Made by a program: the position numbers and the translations under genes. The notes beneath the pieces are model-generated. The model did not search any database. It had not been told where the DNA came from and saw only the letters and a program-made list of their open reading frames with translations. DNA of 64,000 bases from an uncultured Acidobacteriota bacterium (GTDB lineage: Bacteria > Acidobacteriota > Terriglobia > Acidiferrales > UBA7541): positions 157,449 through 221,448 of the forward strand of contig CAVVKO010000006.1 of NCBI GenBank assembly GCA_963749025.1, given 5' to 3'. The number at the start of each line of letters is the position of its first letter. Within the stretch, counting starts at the first letter, position 1. Positions 19,159 through 30,263 of the stretch are shown here, piece after piece.

Positions 19159-20799
19159 ATGCTTTTCTCCGATAGCCACATCTTAAGCACGATCTTATTC
19201 ACGCCGCTGGTGGGCGCGATCCTGATGCTTTTCATTCCGCGCGAGCGGCCGGATTTGCACCGCTGGATGGGCAATATTTTCGCGTTCCTCGGCTTGCTCG
19301 TGTCGCTGCCGCTGATCTGGCGCTTTGATTCCAGCGCCACGGCGCCGCGGTTTCAATTCGTGAGCGACCATAGCTGGATTCCCTCTATCGGCGCGCATTT
19401 CACGCTTGGCATTGACGGCCTGAGTTTCCTGATGGTGATTCTCACCACTTTACTTGGCGCGATTTCGATTCTGTCGTCGTGGTCGGCGATCAAAAAGCGC
19501 GAGAAGGAATACTACATCCTGTTCTTGCTATTGCAGACCGGCATGCTAGGCGTTTTCATGTCGCTCGATTTCGTGCTCTTCTACGTTTTCTGGGAAGTGA
19601 TGCTTGTGCCGATGTATTTCCTGATCGCTGTGTGGGGCAGCGAACGCAGACTCTACGCCGCCATCAAGTTTTTCCTCTTTACGCTGGCCGGTTCGGTCCT
19701 GATGCTGCTCGCGATTCTTGCAATTTATTATTACCGCGGCACGTTTGATATCCGCGAAATTCTGATTCATCCGTTTACGTCTCAATTCGGCTGGCTTGAA
19801 AAGTGGCTCTTCTGGGGATTCTTTTTCGCCTTTGCCATCAAGGTGCCGATGTTTCCGTTCCACACCTGGTTGCCGGACGCGCATACCGAAGCGCCGACCG
19901 CTGGTTCCGTCATATTGGCGGGCGTTCTGCTGAAAATGGGAACGTACGGCTTTTTGCGATTTTCGGTGCCGATGTTCCCCGACGCGACGAATCGTTACCA
20001 CGGAATCATTGTCGCGCTTTCCTTGATCGGCATCGTTTATGGCGCTCTGGTGTGCATGATGCAAAAAGACATGAAAAAGCTCATCGCCTATTCGTCGGTG
20101 AGCCACATGGGCTTTTGCACATTGGGCATTTTCGCACTGACGCCGCTGGGACTGTCCGGCAGCATCATCCAGCAAATCAACCACGGCATCTCCACCGGCG
20201 CTCTCTTCTTGATCGTCGGCGTGCTTTACGAACGCCGGCATACGCGGCTCATTTCCGAATTCGGCGGCCTTTCCACGCCCATGCCGAATTTCGCCGCGAT
20301 TTACATGATCGTGACGCTCAGTTCTCTCGGGATGCCGCTGCTGAACGGGTTCATCGGAGAATTCACCATCTTGCGCGGCGTGTTCGAGGTGCGCTGGCAG
20401 TGGGCGGCTTGGGGCGTTCTCGGCGTGATTCTAGGCGCGGCCTATCTGCTCTGGCTTTACCAGCGTGTGATGTTCGGGAACATTACGAATCCGGCGAACG
20501 AGCATCTGCCGGACCTGAACGTGCGCGAATATGCCACGCTGCTTCCGCTTGTCGCGCTCGCGTTCTGGATCGGTATTTATCCCGCGCCGCTATTTCGCGT
20601 CGTCGATCAGCCCGTGAGGCGCCTGGTCGAGGCCGTGAATCCGGGATATTACTCGGCGCCGCCGGCCTCGCGATTGGGTGTGCCCTTGCAATTGCCCGTG
20701 GCCAGCGCGAGCAGCACAACGATTCCGCTGGCAACGATCGCCAGCACAGTATCGGCCGCGCCCGCGCCGCCGAGTTCGCCGCAGGCCGAGGTGAGGTAG
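19159..20799 (+). CDS. nuoM: NADH-quinone oxidoreductase subunit M (set 1)
   Basis: FAIKVPMFPFHTWLPDAHTEAPTAGSVILAGVLLKMGTYGFLRF. Confidence 0.95.
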   Translation: MLFSDSHILSTILFTPLVGAILMLFIPRERPDLHRWMGNIFAFLGLLVSLPLIWRFDSSATAPRFQFVSDHSWIPSIGAHFTLGIDGLSFLMVILTTLLGAISILSSWSAIKKREKEYYILFLLLQTGMLGVFMSLDFVLFYVFWEVMLVPMYFLIAVWGSERRLYAAIKFFLFTLAGSVLMLLAILAIYYYRGTFDIREILIHPFTSQFGWLEKWLFWGFFFAFAIKVPMFPFHTWLPDAHTEAPTAGSVILAGVLLKMGTYGFLRFSVPMFPDATNRYHGIIVALSLIGIVYGALVCMMQKDMKKLIAYSSVSHMGFCTLGIFALTPLGLSGSIIQQINHGISTGALFLIVGVLYERRHTRLISEFGGLSTPMPNFAAIYMIVTLSSLGMPLLNGFIGEFTILRGVFEVRWQWAAWGVLGVILGAAYLLWLYQRVMFGNITNPANEHLPDLNVREYATLLPLVALAFWIGIYPAPLFRVVDQPVRRLVEAVNPGYYSAPPASRLGVPLQLPVASASSTTIPLATIASTVSAAPAPPSSPQAEVR

Positions 20800-22317
20800 A
20801 TGCAGGTTCCCTGGCAGGATGTCTTCGAGCAAACGCGGCGGGATTTCTTTTTCATCCTGCCCGAGGCCATGCTAGGTTTTTTCGGCCTCGCTACGCTGAT
20901 GCTCGATTTTCTCCTCGGCAAGAAAGAAAAATCCTGGAATTCGCTGGCGGCCATGCTCGGGGTTGGGTTGAGCGGCCTTTCGCTCCTAATAATGCTGAAG
21001 GAAATGCGCGGGCAGACCTATTCCGCGTTTGGTGAGTCGATCGTCATCGATCCGTTCTTCATTTTCTTCGGATTCATTTTTCTTGCTTCGACCGCGCTCG
21101 TGATTCTGCTTTCCGTCCGCTACATGGATATCGAAGACGAGCAGCACGGCGAGTATTACGCGCTGATGCTTTTCGCCACCGTGGGAATGATGTTTCTCGC
21201 CTGCGGCAACGATCTCGTGGTGCTGTTCGTGGCGCTGGAGACCATGGCTATCAGCTTTTACGTGCTGGTAGGCTTCCTGCGGCGCGACCGCCGGTCCAAC
21301 GAAGCGGCGATGAAGTACGTTCTGATGGGCGCTTTCAGCTCCGGGATTCTGGCGTATGGCTTTTCGATTTTGTACGGGCTGGCCGGCTCGACGAACCTGC
21401 AAGTGATTGCTGCCAGCATCGCCGAGCGCAAGGCGCAATTTCCCCACGGCGACGTTCTTACGTATCTCGCGCTTGGCACGGTTGCGACCGGAGTGTTTTT
21501 CAAAATCGCCGCCGTCCCGTTCCACCAATGGGCGCCCGATGTGTACGAAGGCGCGCCGACACCCATCACCGCTTACGTCAGCGTGGCTTCGAAGGCGGCC
21601 AGCTTCGCGCTCCTGCTGCGCCTTTTCCTCACCGTGTTCTGGCCCGTCAATCTGGACTGGATCGTGGTGATGGAAGCGGTCGCGGTGCTCTCGCTCACCG
21701 TGGGGACGCTCGCTGCCATCACGCAAACCAACATCAAGCGCCTGCTTGCTTATTCCTCAATCACGCAGGTCGGCTATATCCTGCTCGGATTTGTCGCTGC
21801 GGTGAATCCCGACGGCACGCTGCACCAGCGCGGCCTGCAAGCCATGGCCTTCTATTTGTTCGTGTACGCATTTTTCAACACCGGCGCTTTTGCGGTCGTG
21901 ATTCTGCTGCGGCACAAAGGCGTCATCGGCGACGAGATCGACGATCTGAACGGCCTGATCCAGCGCAATCCGGGCGCGGCCGTCTTGATGCTCATCTTTT
22001 TGCTTTCGCTTGCGGGAATTCCCCCGACGGCCGGGTTCGTCGCAAAATTGCTTATTTTCTGGGCGCTCATCGAGACCAAGCACACGCTTCTGGCGATTCT
22101 CGCAGTTCTGTACATTCTCCCCGCGGTGTATTACTACTTCCGTATGGTTGCGGCCATGTGGGTGCGCGAGTCAACCGATCCGGTGCGTCCGGTGATTTCG
22201 ATCGCGCAAAAATTTGCGCTAGCGGCCATGGTAATTGTCACGCTTGTTGCCGGGATTTTCCCGGAGCAGTTCCTGCGCCTCGCCACATATTCCATCCTCG
22301 TGCCGTTCGGTCACTGA
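20800..22317 (+). CDS. nuoN: NADH-quinone oxidoreductase subunit N (set 1)
   Basis: FKIAAVPFHQWAPDVYEGAPTPITAYVSVASKAA. The start abuts the nuoM stop. Confidence 0.95.
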   Translation: MQVPWQDVFEQTRRDFFFILPEAMLGFFGLATLMLDFLLGKKEKSWNSLAAMLGVGLSGLSLLIMLKEMRGQTYSAFGESIVIDPFFIFFGFIFLASTALVILLSVRYMDIEDEQHGEYYALMLFATVGMMFLACGNDLVVLFVALETMAISFYVLVGFLRRDRRSNEAAMKYVLMGAFSSGILAYGFSILYGLAGSTNLQVIAASIAERKAQFPHGDVLTYLALGTVATGVFFKIAAVPFHQWAPDVYEGAPTPITAYVSVASKAASFALLLRLFLTVFWPVNLDWIVVMEAVAVLSLTVGTLAAITQTNIKRLLAYSSITQVGYILLGFVAAVNPDGTLHQRGLQAMAFYLFVYAFFNTGAFAVVILLRHKGVIGDEIDDLNGLIQRNPGAAVLMLIFLLSLAGIPPTAGFVAKLLIFWALIETKHTLLAILAVLYILPAVYYYFRMVAAMWVRESTDPVRPVISIAQKFALAAMVIVTLVAGIFPEQFLRLATYSILVPFGH

Positions 22318-22330
22318 GCGCAGAATCGCC

Positions 22331-22591
22331 ATGGCCCCTGAGACCCCTCCGCCGCGCAAGAATCCGGGCGGAGTTACCCGGCAGTTCGCCATGGCAATGG
22401 AGCTTCCATTCCTCCTTGTTGGTGGCGCGCTCCTGGGAGGCTTACTAGGCTTCTTCCTCGACCGCTGGCTGCATACGAAGCCCTGGCTGATGCTGGTTGT
22501 TGGGGGCTTAGGCTTCGCCGTTGGAGTGCGCGACATGCTTAGGAGATTGCAGAAGGATGATCCCGATGCCGGCGGAAATTCAGGGTCATGA
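22331..22591 (+). CDS. atpZ: AtpZ/AtpI-family small membrane protein (ATP synthase gene-1 type)
   Basis: 86 aa with two TM helices (ELPFLLVGGALLGGLLGFFLDRWL, PWLMLVVGGLGFAVGV). Lies 14 nt after nuoN and directly ahead of atpI/atpB. Confidence 0.6.
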   Translation: MAPETPPPRKNPGGVTRQFAMAMELPFLLVGGALLGGLLGFFLDRWLHTKPWLMLVVGGLGFAVGVRDMLRRLQKDDPDAGGNSGS

Positions 22592-22994
22592 CACCTCGGA
22601 GGGAGCGAGCCGCCGGATCGCCTGGCTCACGCTAGCCCTGGGCTTTGCTGCCGCCCTCATTTGGTTCCTCGCTAGATCTCACCGTCAGGGGCTAGGCATC
22701 GCGATCGGAACGGCTCTCGCCTGGCTGAACTACCGCTGGCTGGACCAGGGTTTAGGCGCGTTCGTCACCGTGGCGCAGGCCCAGGAGGGAAGCGAACAGG
22801 CGCGCGTTCCGGCCGGGATTTACTGGAAGTTTGCCGGGCGGTACGTGTTGATAGGATTGGCTATCTATGTTACTGTTCACTACTTTACAGTGCCTCTCGT
22901 GGCCGTCATCTTCGGGCTGCTCGCGCTGGGGGCCGGGGTTTTCGCAGAGAGCCTTTACGAGATTTTTTCGGCGTTTCACTCAAGCCGGGGATAA
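22557..22994 (+). CDS. atpI: ATP synthase protein I
   Basis: ~145 aa, four hydrophobic segments, positioned immediately upstream of atpB. Start uncertain (ATG 22521, 22557 or 22566). Confidence 0.6.
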   Translation: MIPMPAEIQGHDTSEGASRRIAWLTLALGFAAALIWFLARSHRQGLGIAIGTALAWLNYRWLDQGLGAFVTVAQAQEGSEQARVPAGIYWKFAGRYVLIGLAIYVTVHYFTVPLVAVIFGLLALGAGVFAESLYEIFSAFHSSRG

Positions 22995-22997
22995 CGA

Positions 22998-23813
22998 ATG
23001 CACGAGCATTTGAACTGGTTCACCATCCTCTTGAACAAGTGGTTTGGGCAACTGGCACTGGCCGTCTTGGCGGCGGTTCACGTCACGCCGAAGGACCCTG
23101 CTTATCCCATCCCAAATTATGTAGCCGCCTCGCTCCTTGTAGTGCTCATCAGCATGGTGTTCTTTCTCTGGCTGCGGCCGCGGATTTCGGTGGACCGTCC
23201 GGGCGGGACACAGCAGGTGATGGAGATGCTGTTGACGAATCCGATGGGCGTGGGCATTCGCGACTTACTGGATGAGAACATCGGGCACGGGGCGCGCGAC
23301 TACCTGCCTATGGTCGGAGCGATTTCCATATTCATACTGTTTGCAAACGCCATCAGCTTGATTCCCGCATTTGACTCCCCCACCGGGCATCCGAGCGTCC
23401 CTCTGGCTTGCGCCGTCCTTACCTTCGCCTATTACAACTGGAGCGGGTTGCGCCATCACGGGCCCATTGGATACGCCAAGCAGTTTGCCGGTCCGGTCTG
23501 GTGGCTGGCCTGGCTGATTTTCCCGGTTGAAATCATCAGCCATACAGCTCGATTGCTCTCGCTTACTGTCCGGTTGTGGGCCAATATTTTCGCGAGCGAA
23601 CTCATCTATATTATCTTCCTGGGGCTCTGCATGGCGCCGGGCTTGAGCGTTGGCCATGCGCATCCGGCGCTGGGGCAGGCGCTGGGAATATTTGCCATTA
23701 TAGTTCCGGTGGCTTTCATGGGATTGCACCTGTTTGTGGCCGTGGTGCAAGCCTTCGTTTTCACCATTCTTCCGGCACTTTATATCGGCATGGCAACAGC
23801 GGACGAGCACTAA
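22998..23813 (+). CDS. atpB: F0F1 ATP synthase subunit a
   Basis: LLSLTVRLWANIFASELI contains the conserved Arg of subunit a; 271 aa, polytopic. Confidence 0.9.
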   Translation: MHEHLNWFTILLNKWFGQLALAVLAAVHVTPKDPAYPIPNYVAASLLVVLISMVFFLWLRPRISVDRPGGTQQVMEMLLTNPMGVGIRDLLDENIGHGARDYLPMVGAISIFILFANAISLIPAFDSPTGHPSVPLACAVLTFAYYNWSGLRHHGPIGYAKQFAGPVWWLAWLIFPVEIISHTARLLSLTVRLWANIFASELIYIIFLGLCMAPGLSVGHAHPALGQALGIFAIIVPVAFMGLHLFVAVVQAFVFTILPALYIGMATADEH

Positions 23814-23906
23814 ACTAATCCGGCTTCATAGCCGACCAGCGTGAGCCCGGCTGCTTGAGGATGACGGGAACCACCTCCTGGCGGCGCTTCATACAAGGAG
23901 AAGAAA

Positions 23907-24227
23907 GTGAAAAAACTGGCAGGGATGTTTTTGCTGTTGTTGTTCGTCGGGATGATGGCAGCGCCTGTGTTTGCACAAGGCGCTAGCGAGAAGCCGCCTG
24001 AGCACGTCGCCACCGGCATCGTGTTTGCCGCGGGCTTCTCCATGGCTCTCGCAGCCGCGTTTTGCGGGCTCGGTCAGGCGAAGGTTGCCGCCGCGGCTTG
24101 CGAAGGAATTGCCCGGAACCCGGGCGCTGCGGGTGCGATTCGAACGGCCATGATTCTCGGCTTGGTGTTCATCGAGACCCTGGCGCTCTTTACGCTCGCT
24201 ATCGTTTTCGCCAAAGTCGGCTACTAG
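23907..24227 (+). CDS. atpE: F0F1 ATP synthase subunit c with an N-terminal signal-peptide-like extension
   Basis: GLGQAKVAAAACEGIARNPGAAGAIRTAMILGLVFIETLALFTLAIVF is a c-subunit hairpin with the carboxylate Glu. It is preceded by MKKLAGMFLLLLFVGMMAAPVFA-QG. GTG start. Confidence 0.88.
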   Translation: MKKLAGMFLLLLFVGMMAAPVFAQGASEKPPEHVATGIVFAAGFSMALAAAFCGLGQAKVAAAACEGIARNPGAAGAIRTAMILGLVFIETLALFTLAIVFAKVGY

Positions 24228-24244
24228 CAGATTTTCAAAATTCA

Positions 24245-24290
24245 GGCCCGGAGGCTTGCTCGGAACGAGCGAGCCTCCGGGCTTTTTTGT
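24245..24290 (+). terminator. rho-independent terminator, probably bidirectional
   Basis: GCCCGGAGGCTTGCTCG-GAA-CGAGCGAGCCTCCGGGC forms a 17-bp stem with one G-U pair, followed by TTTTTTGTTT. It sits between the convergent atpE and nuoN (set 2). Confidence 0.75.
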
Positions 24291-24322
24291 TTGGTGGCAC
24301 CGGGCGGCAGCGAACAGAAGGC

Positions 24323-25816
24323 TCAGCGAAGCACGAGTGAATCGGCAGCAGTTTTTGCGAGGCTGAGAACACGCGCGGGCAGAATCCCGAGATATAGCGT
24401 GCCTGCGGCCGCAATTGCGAGAGCAAAGACAAGCGCAGGGGCGACTTTCGACGGGGTGTAATCCTTCGACGGCTCCCAGAAATACATCGCCACAATCACG
24501 CGCAAGTAGTAGTACGCGCCGATCACGCTATTGATCGCCGCGATTACCACCAGCCAAACCACCTTCGGACCGAGCGCTGTTTGAGAATCGAGCGCCGCCT
24601 GGAAAGCGAAGAATTTCCCCAGGAATCCGCCAGTGGCAGGCAATCCCAAGAGCGAAAGCAGGAAAAGCGAGAAGCACACGGCGAGGATCGGCTGCTTCGT
24701 GCCGAGTCCCGCGTAATCGGTAATTTCCAGGCGCTTTTCACCCTGCTGCCCCAGGTGCGCGATTACGAGGAACGCGCCCACCTTCATCAGCGCGTATGCG
24801 GCAAGATAGAAGAGCACGGCGGCGATGCCGATGTCCGTTGACGCGGCGAACGCGACAAGAATGTAGCCCGCATGCGCGATCGAAGAGTACGCCAGCATGC
24901 GCTTGACGTTGGTCTGCACCAGCGCGGCAAGATTCCCGACCAGCATCGTCAGCACCGCGGAAATCCAAACCGCCCAGAACCAAAAGTTGGCCGCTCCACC
25001 GAATGACACGTAGAAAATTCGCAGCATCAGCGCGAACGTCGCAGCCTTGGGACCCGACGCAAGCAACGCCGTAACCGGAGTCGGCGCTCCTTCGTAAACA
25101 TCCGGTGCGTAAACTTGGAAGGGCGCGGCCACGACTTTAAAGCCCAGGCCGACAAATATCAGCGCCAGACCGAGAATCGAAAGTGATGCAAACTGTCCTT
25201 GGTTCGCGATTACCTTTGCGAGCGCCGCCTGAATCATGTCGATTCGCGTCGTTCCCGTCGCGCCGTAGACCATCGCAATCCCGTAGAGGAAGAAGGCGGT
25301 GGCAAACGAGCCCAGCATGAAATACTTAAGTCCTGCTTCGTTCGACTTCAGGGCGCGCCGCCGAAACCCGGCCAGAATATAGGTCGAGATCGAACTCATC
25401 TCCAGGCCGATGAACGCAGTAACGAGCTCGTTGGCTCCCGCGAGAATTCCCATTCCAGCGGTCGCGAACAATACCAGCGAGTAATACTCGCCGCGCTGGA
25501 TGCCTTCTTCCTCCAAATAGTCGAGCGAGCCGAGAATCACCAGCGCCGCCGAGCCAATCACGACTACGTGCACGAAAACGCTGAAAGCGTCTGCCCGAAT
25601 CAAATCGCTATACGCAGGTCCCGGATCAGTTGCGAGAAGACGAACCGCAGCGAGCGAGCCGAGCGCGCCGATAAACGCGAGCCAGCCGAGTGCGCGCTTT
25701 TGTTTGGAGCGAAGGAACGGGTCCGCGACCATGATCACGATGCCGAACAAACACAGAACGATTTCGGGCGCGAGCCGGTGCAGGTTGGCGAGTTGCTCGG
25801 ACGGAACTGGAATCAC
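24323..25816 (-). CDS. nuoN: NADH-quinone oxidoreductase subunit N (set 2)
   Basis: FKVVAAPFQVYAPDVYEGAPTPVTALLASGPKAA. Confidence 0.95.
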   Translation of the reverse strand: MIPVPSEQLANLHRLAPEIVLCLFGIVIMVADPFLRSKQKRALGWLAFIGALGSLAAVRLLATDPGPAYSDLIRADAFSVFVHVVVIGSAALVILGSLDYLEEEGIQRGEYYSLVLFATAGMGILAGANELVTAFIGLEMSSISTYILAGFRRRALKSNEAGLKYFMLGSFATAFFLYGIAMVYGATGTTRIDMIQAALAKVIANQGQFASLSILGLALIFVGLGFKVVAAPFQVYAPDVYEGAPTPVTALLASGPKAATFALMLRIFYVSFGGAANFWFWAVWISAVLTMLVGNLAALVQTNVKRMLAYSSIAHAGYILVAFAASTDIGIAAVLFYLAAYALMKVGAFLVIAHLGQQGEKRLEITDYAGLGTKQPILAVCFSLFLLSLLGLPATGGFLGKFFAFQAALDSQTALGPKVVWLVVIAAINSVIGAYYYLRVIVAMYFWEPSKDYTPSKVAPALVFALAIAAAGTLYLGILPARVLSLAKTAADSLVLR

Positions 25817-27456
25817 GGCCGCGCTCGCTTGAGGGAAATCGTCTTGAGCGCCAAGTTCTTTTGCGTCGCCGGCGAAATTGCAGCGCGCGGCGTTACGGCA
25901 ACTGGCGCCGCGGGAGCTGGTGGCGACATCGGTGCCGCCGGGGTTGGTAGCGGACGGGCCGCGTTCTGCACGCGCTCCATTTGATGCAGCAAATTATCCG
26001 TGGACATTTCCATGCGCCGCGTGAAGAGCGGGGAAGCCACGCCCATAAAAATAATGGCCAAGGCCATGGCCACGAGAATCACGCGCTCGCGTGGCGAGGC
26101 ATCGGGCAGCGTGCGATTTTTCTCCACGGTCACTTCGCCCAGAGCCACGCGTTGATAGGCCCACAGAAGATAAATCGCCGACAGCACCGCGCCGCTCGCG
26201 GCCCAGGAAGCCCACGCGTGGTGATGCTCAAACGTCCCGATGAGAATCACAAATTCGCCGATGAAGCCGTTAAGCGGCGGCAGCGCGAGCGACGACAATG
26301 CGATAAACAGAAAAAACGACATCAGCACCGGCATCGGATTCACCAGGCCGCCGAATTCCTTGATCTCGAAGGTGTGCCGCCGGTCGTAGATCATCCCCAC
26401 GCCGAGGAAAAGCGCGCCGGTGGAAATGCCGTGGCTCAGCATCTGGAAAATCGCGCCTTGAATCGAAATCGTGCTGAAGGCGAAAATTCCCAGCACCACG
26501 AACCCAAGATGGCTCACCGACGTATACGCGACCAGGCGCTTCAAATCGTGCTGCACCGTGGCCACCAGCGCGCCGTAAACGATTCCAATAATCGCGAGCA
26601 CTCCAATAAGCGGGGCCATGCGGTGCGCCGCGTCCGGGAAGAGCGGCAGGCAGAATCGCAACATGCCATAGGTTCCAAGTTTCAGCATCACGCCTGCAAG
26701 AATCACGGAGCCTGCCGTGGGCGCTTCCGTGTGCGCGTCGGGCAGCCACGTATGCAGCGGGAAGAGAGGCACTTTGATTGCGAACGCGAGAAAGAATGCG
26801 CCGAACAGCAAAAGTTCGGTATTCGGCGGCAGCGACGCCAGCCCGGTTTGGAGCTTCGCCTGGATCTCGGGAAAGTCGAAAGTTCCCGTCAAGTTGTAAA
26901 GCCAAAGAATGGCCACCAGCATCAGGATCGAGCCGAACATGGTGTACAAAATAAATTTCACCGCCGCGTAGATCCTGCGTGTGTGACCCCAGATCCCGAT
27001 CAGGAAATACATGGGGATGAGCGTCAATTCCCAGAAAACGAAAAAGAGGAAGAGATCGAGCGAGACGAAAACTCCGATCATGGCCGTTTCGATCACCAGC
27101 AACGCGATGAAAAACCCCTTCACGTTCTCCTGGATCGCGTTCCACGAGCACAGAATTGCCAGCGGTGTGAGGAACGTGGTCAGCAGCACGAGAAACAAGC
27201 TGATGCCGTCCACGCCCATGTGGTAATGAATGCTCGCGCGCGCGATCCAGTCGTAATACTCCTCGAACTGATAACGCGCGCTCGCCGCTTCAAATCCGCG
27301 CAGCAAAAACAGCGAAATCGCAAATTCCGCGAGCGATACTGCCAGAGCGATCCTGCGAATCCAGATGTGATCCTCTGACCGCAGCAGAAGAAGCGCGGGC
27401 ACACCCAGCAAGGGCAGAAACGTGATGACCGTCAACAGATGAGATGGCATTTCCAC
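25813..27456 (-). CDS. nuoM: NADH-quinone oxidoreductase subunit M (set 2)
   Basis: FAIKVPLFPLHTWLPDAHTEAPTAGSVILAGVMLKLGTYGMLRF. Confidence 0.95.
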   Translation of the reverse strand: MEMPSHLLTVITFLPLLGVPALLLLRSEDHIWIRRIALAVSLAEFAISLFLLRGFEAASARYQFEEYYDWIARASIHYHMGVDGISLFLVLLTTFLTPLAILCSWNAIQENVKGFFIALLVIETAMIGVFVSLDLFLFFVFWELTLIPMYFLIGIWGHTRRIYAAVKFILYTMFGSILMLVAILWLYNLTGTFDFPEIQAKLQTGLASLPPNTELLLFGAFFLAFAIKVPLFPLHTWLPDAHTEAPTAGSVILAGVMLKLGTYGMLRFCLPLFPDAAHRMAPLIGVLAIIGIVYGALVATVQHDLKRLVAYTSVSHLGFVVLGIFAFSTISIQGAIFQMLSHGISTGALFLGVGMIYDRRHTFEIKEFGGLVNPMPVLMSFFLFIALSSLALPPLNGFIGEFVILIGTFEHHHAWASWAASGAVLSAIYLLWAYQRVALGEVTVEKNRTLPDASPRERVILVAMALAIIFMGVASPLFTRRMEMSTDNLLHQMERVQNAARPLPTPAAPMSPPAPAAPVAVTPRAAISPATQKNLALKTISLKRARP

Positions 27457-27457
27457 G

Positions 27458-29448
<1,991 letters not shown>

Positions 29449-29449
<1 letters not shown>

Positions 29450-29757
29450 CAGAATTTCAGAAGATCCATGCGCTCGATGTTGAGTGAATCGCGATTCTGG
29501 TAGAGCGCAATCACAATCGCCAGGCCCACCGCTGCCTCAGCCGCGGCCACCACAATCACGAAAAATACGAACACCAGTCCGTCCAGCTGATTCCAAGCCC
29601 GCGCGAACGCTACAAACGCCAGATTCACGGCGTTGAGCATCAATTCGATGGCCATGAAAATCGTGATGATGTTGCGTTTGAAAACAAATGCCACCACGCC
29701 CAGCCCGAAAAGGACCGCGCTCAGCACCAGGTAATAGGAAATCGGAACCGCGTTCAT
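29449..29757 (-). CDS. nuoK: NADH-quinone oxidoreductase subunit K (set 2)
   Basis: 102 aa, FMAIELMLNAVNLAFVAF, AAAEAAVGLAIVIALYQN. Confidence 0.92.
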
Positions 29758-30263
29758 TCGTCCCTCTTCGCCAGCACCAGCGCGCCCAGAATCGCGATCA
29801 AAATCAAGATGGATGTTGCTTCGAACGGGAACAGGTACGTCTGAAAAAGAAGCTGCGATAGCGCCTGCGTCGAAACCATTTCGTTTGGAGCGCCCGCGCC
29901 GCTCGCCAGTTTCTCGCCTATCGCTGAATGCGCCATCCAGTGCCCCAGTTCTAGCAGCAGCAACACGCCCAGCGGGACGCCGGCATATTTTGCGATCTTG
30001 CTCCAGTCGGTGCGCTCTTCGACACCAGCGTTCAACAGCATGATGACGAACACGAACAAAACCATGATCGCGCCGGCATACACGATGATCTGCACCGCCG
30101 CGATGAACTCCGCACCCAGCATCAGGTACAGCGCGGCCAGTGACATCATCACCAGAATGAGCGCAAGCGCGCTGTGAATCGGCTCGCGCGCCACGATCAG
30201 CAGTACCGCACCGGCCACCGCGATGAGCGCAAAAATGAAAAACAAAATGAAGGCGAGGCTCAT
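29754..30263 (-). CDS. nuoJ: NADH-quinone oxidoreductase subunit J (set 2)
   Basis: MSLAFILFFIFALIAVAGAV...GAEFIAAVQIIVYAGAIMVLFVFVIML. Start moved to the internal ATG, which overlaps the nuoH stop by 4 nt. Confidence 0.88.
   Translation of the reverse strand: MSLAFILFFIFALIAVAGAVLLIVAREPIHSALALILVMMSLAALYLMLGAEFIAAVQIIVYAGAIMVLFVFVIMLLNAGVEERTDWSKIAKYAGVPLGVLLLLELGHWMAHSAIGEKLASGAGAPNEMVSTQALSQLLFQTYLFPFEATSILILIAILGALVLAKRDE

Noticed and set aside
25981-27378. 465-aa ORF antisense to nuoM (set 2); similar ORF 28424..29503 antisense to nuoL and ORF 35738..36967 antisense to nuoD
   Set aside because: They are Arg/His/Gln-rich shadow frames opposite strongly conserved nuo genes. Long stop-free antisense frames are expected in GC-rich genes with biased codon usage.
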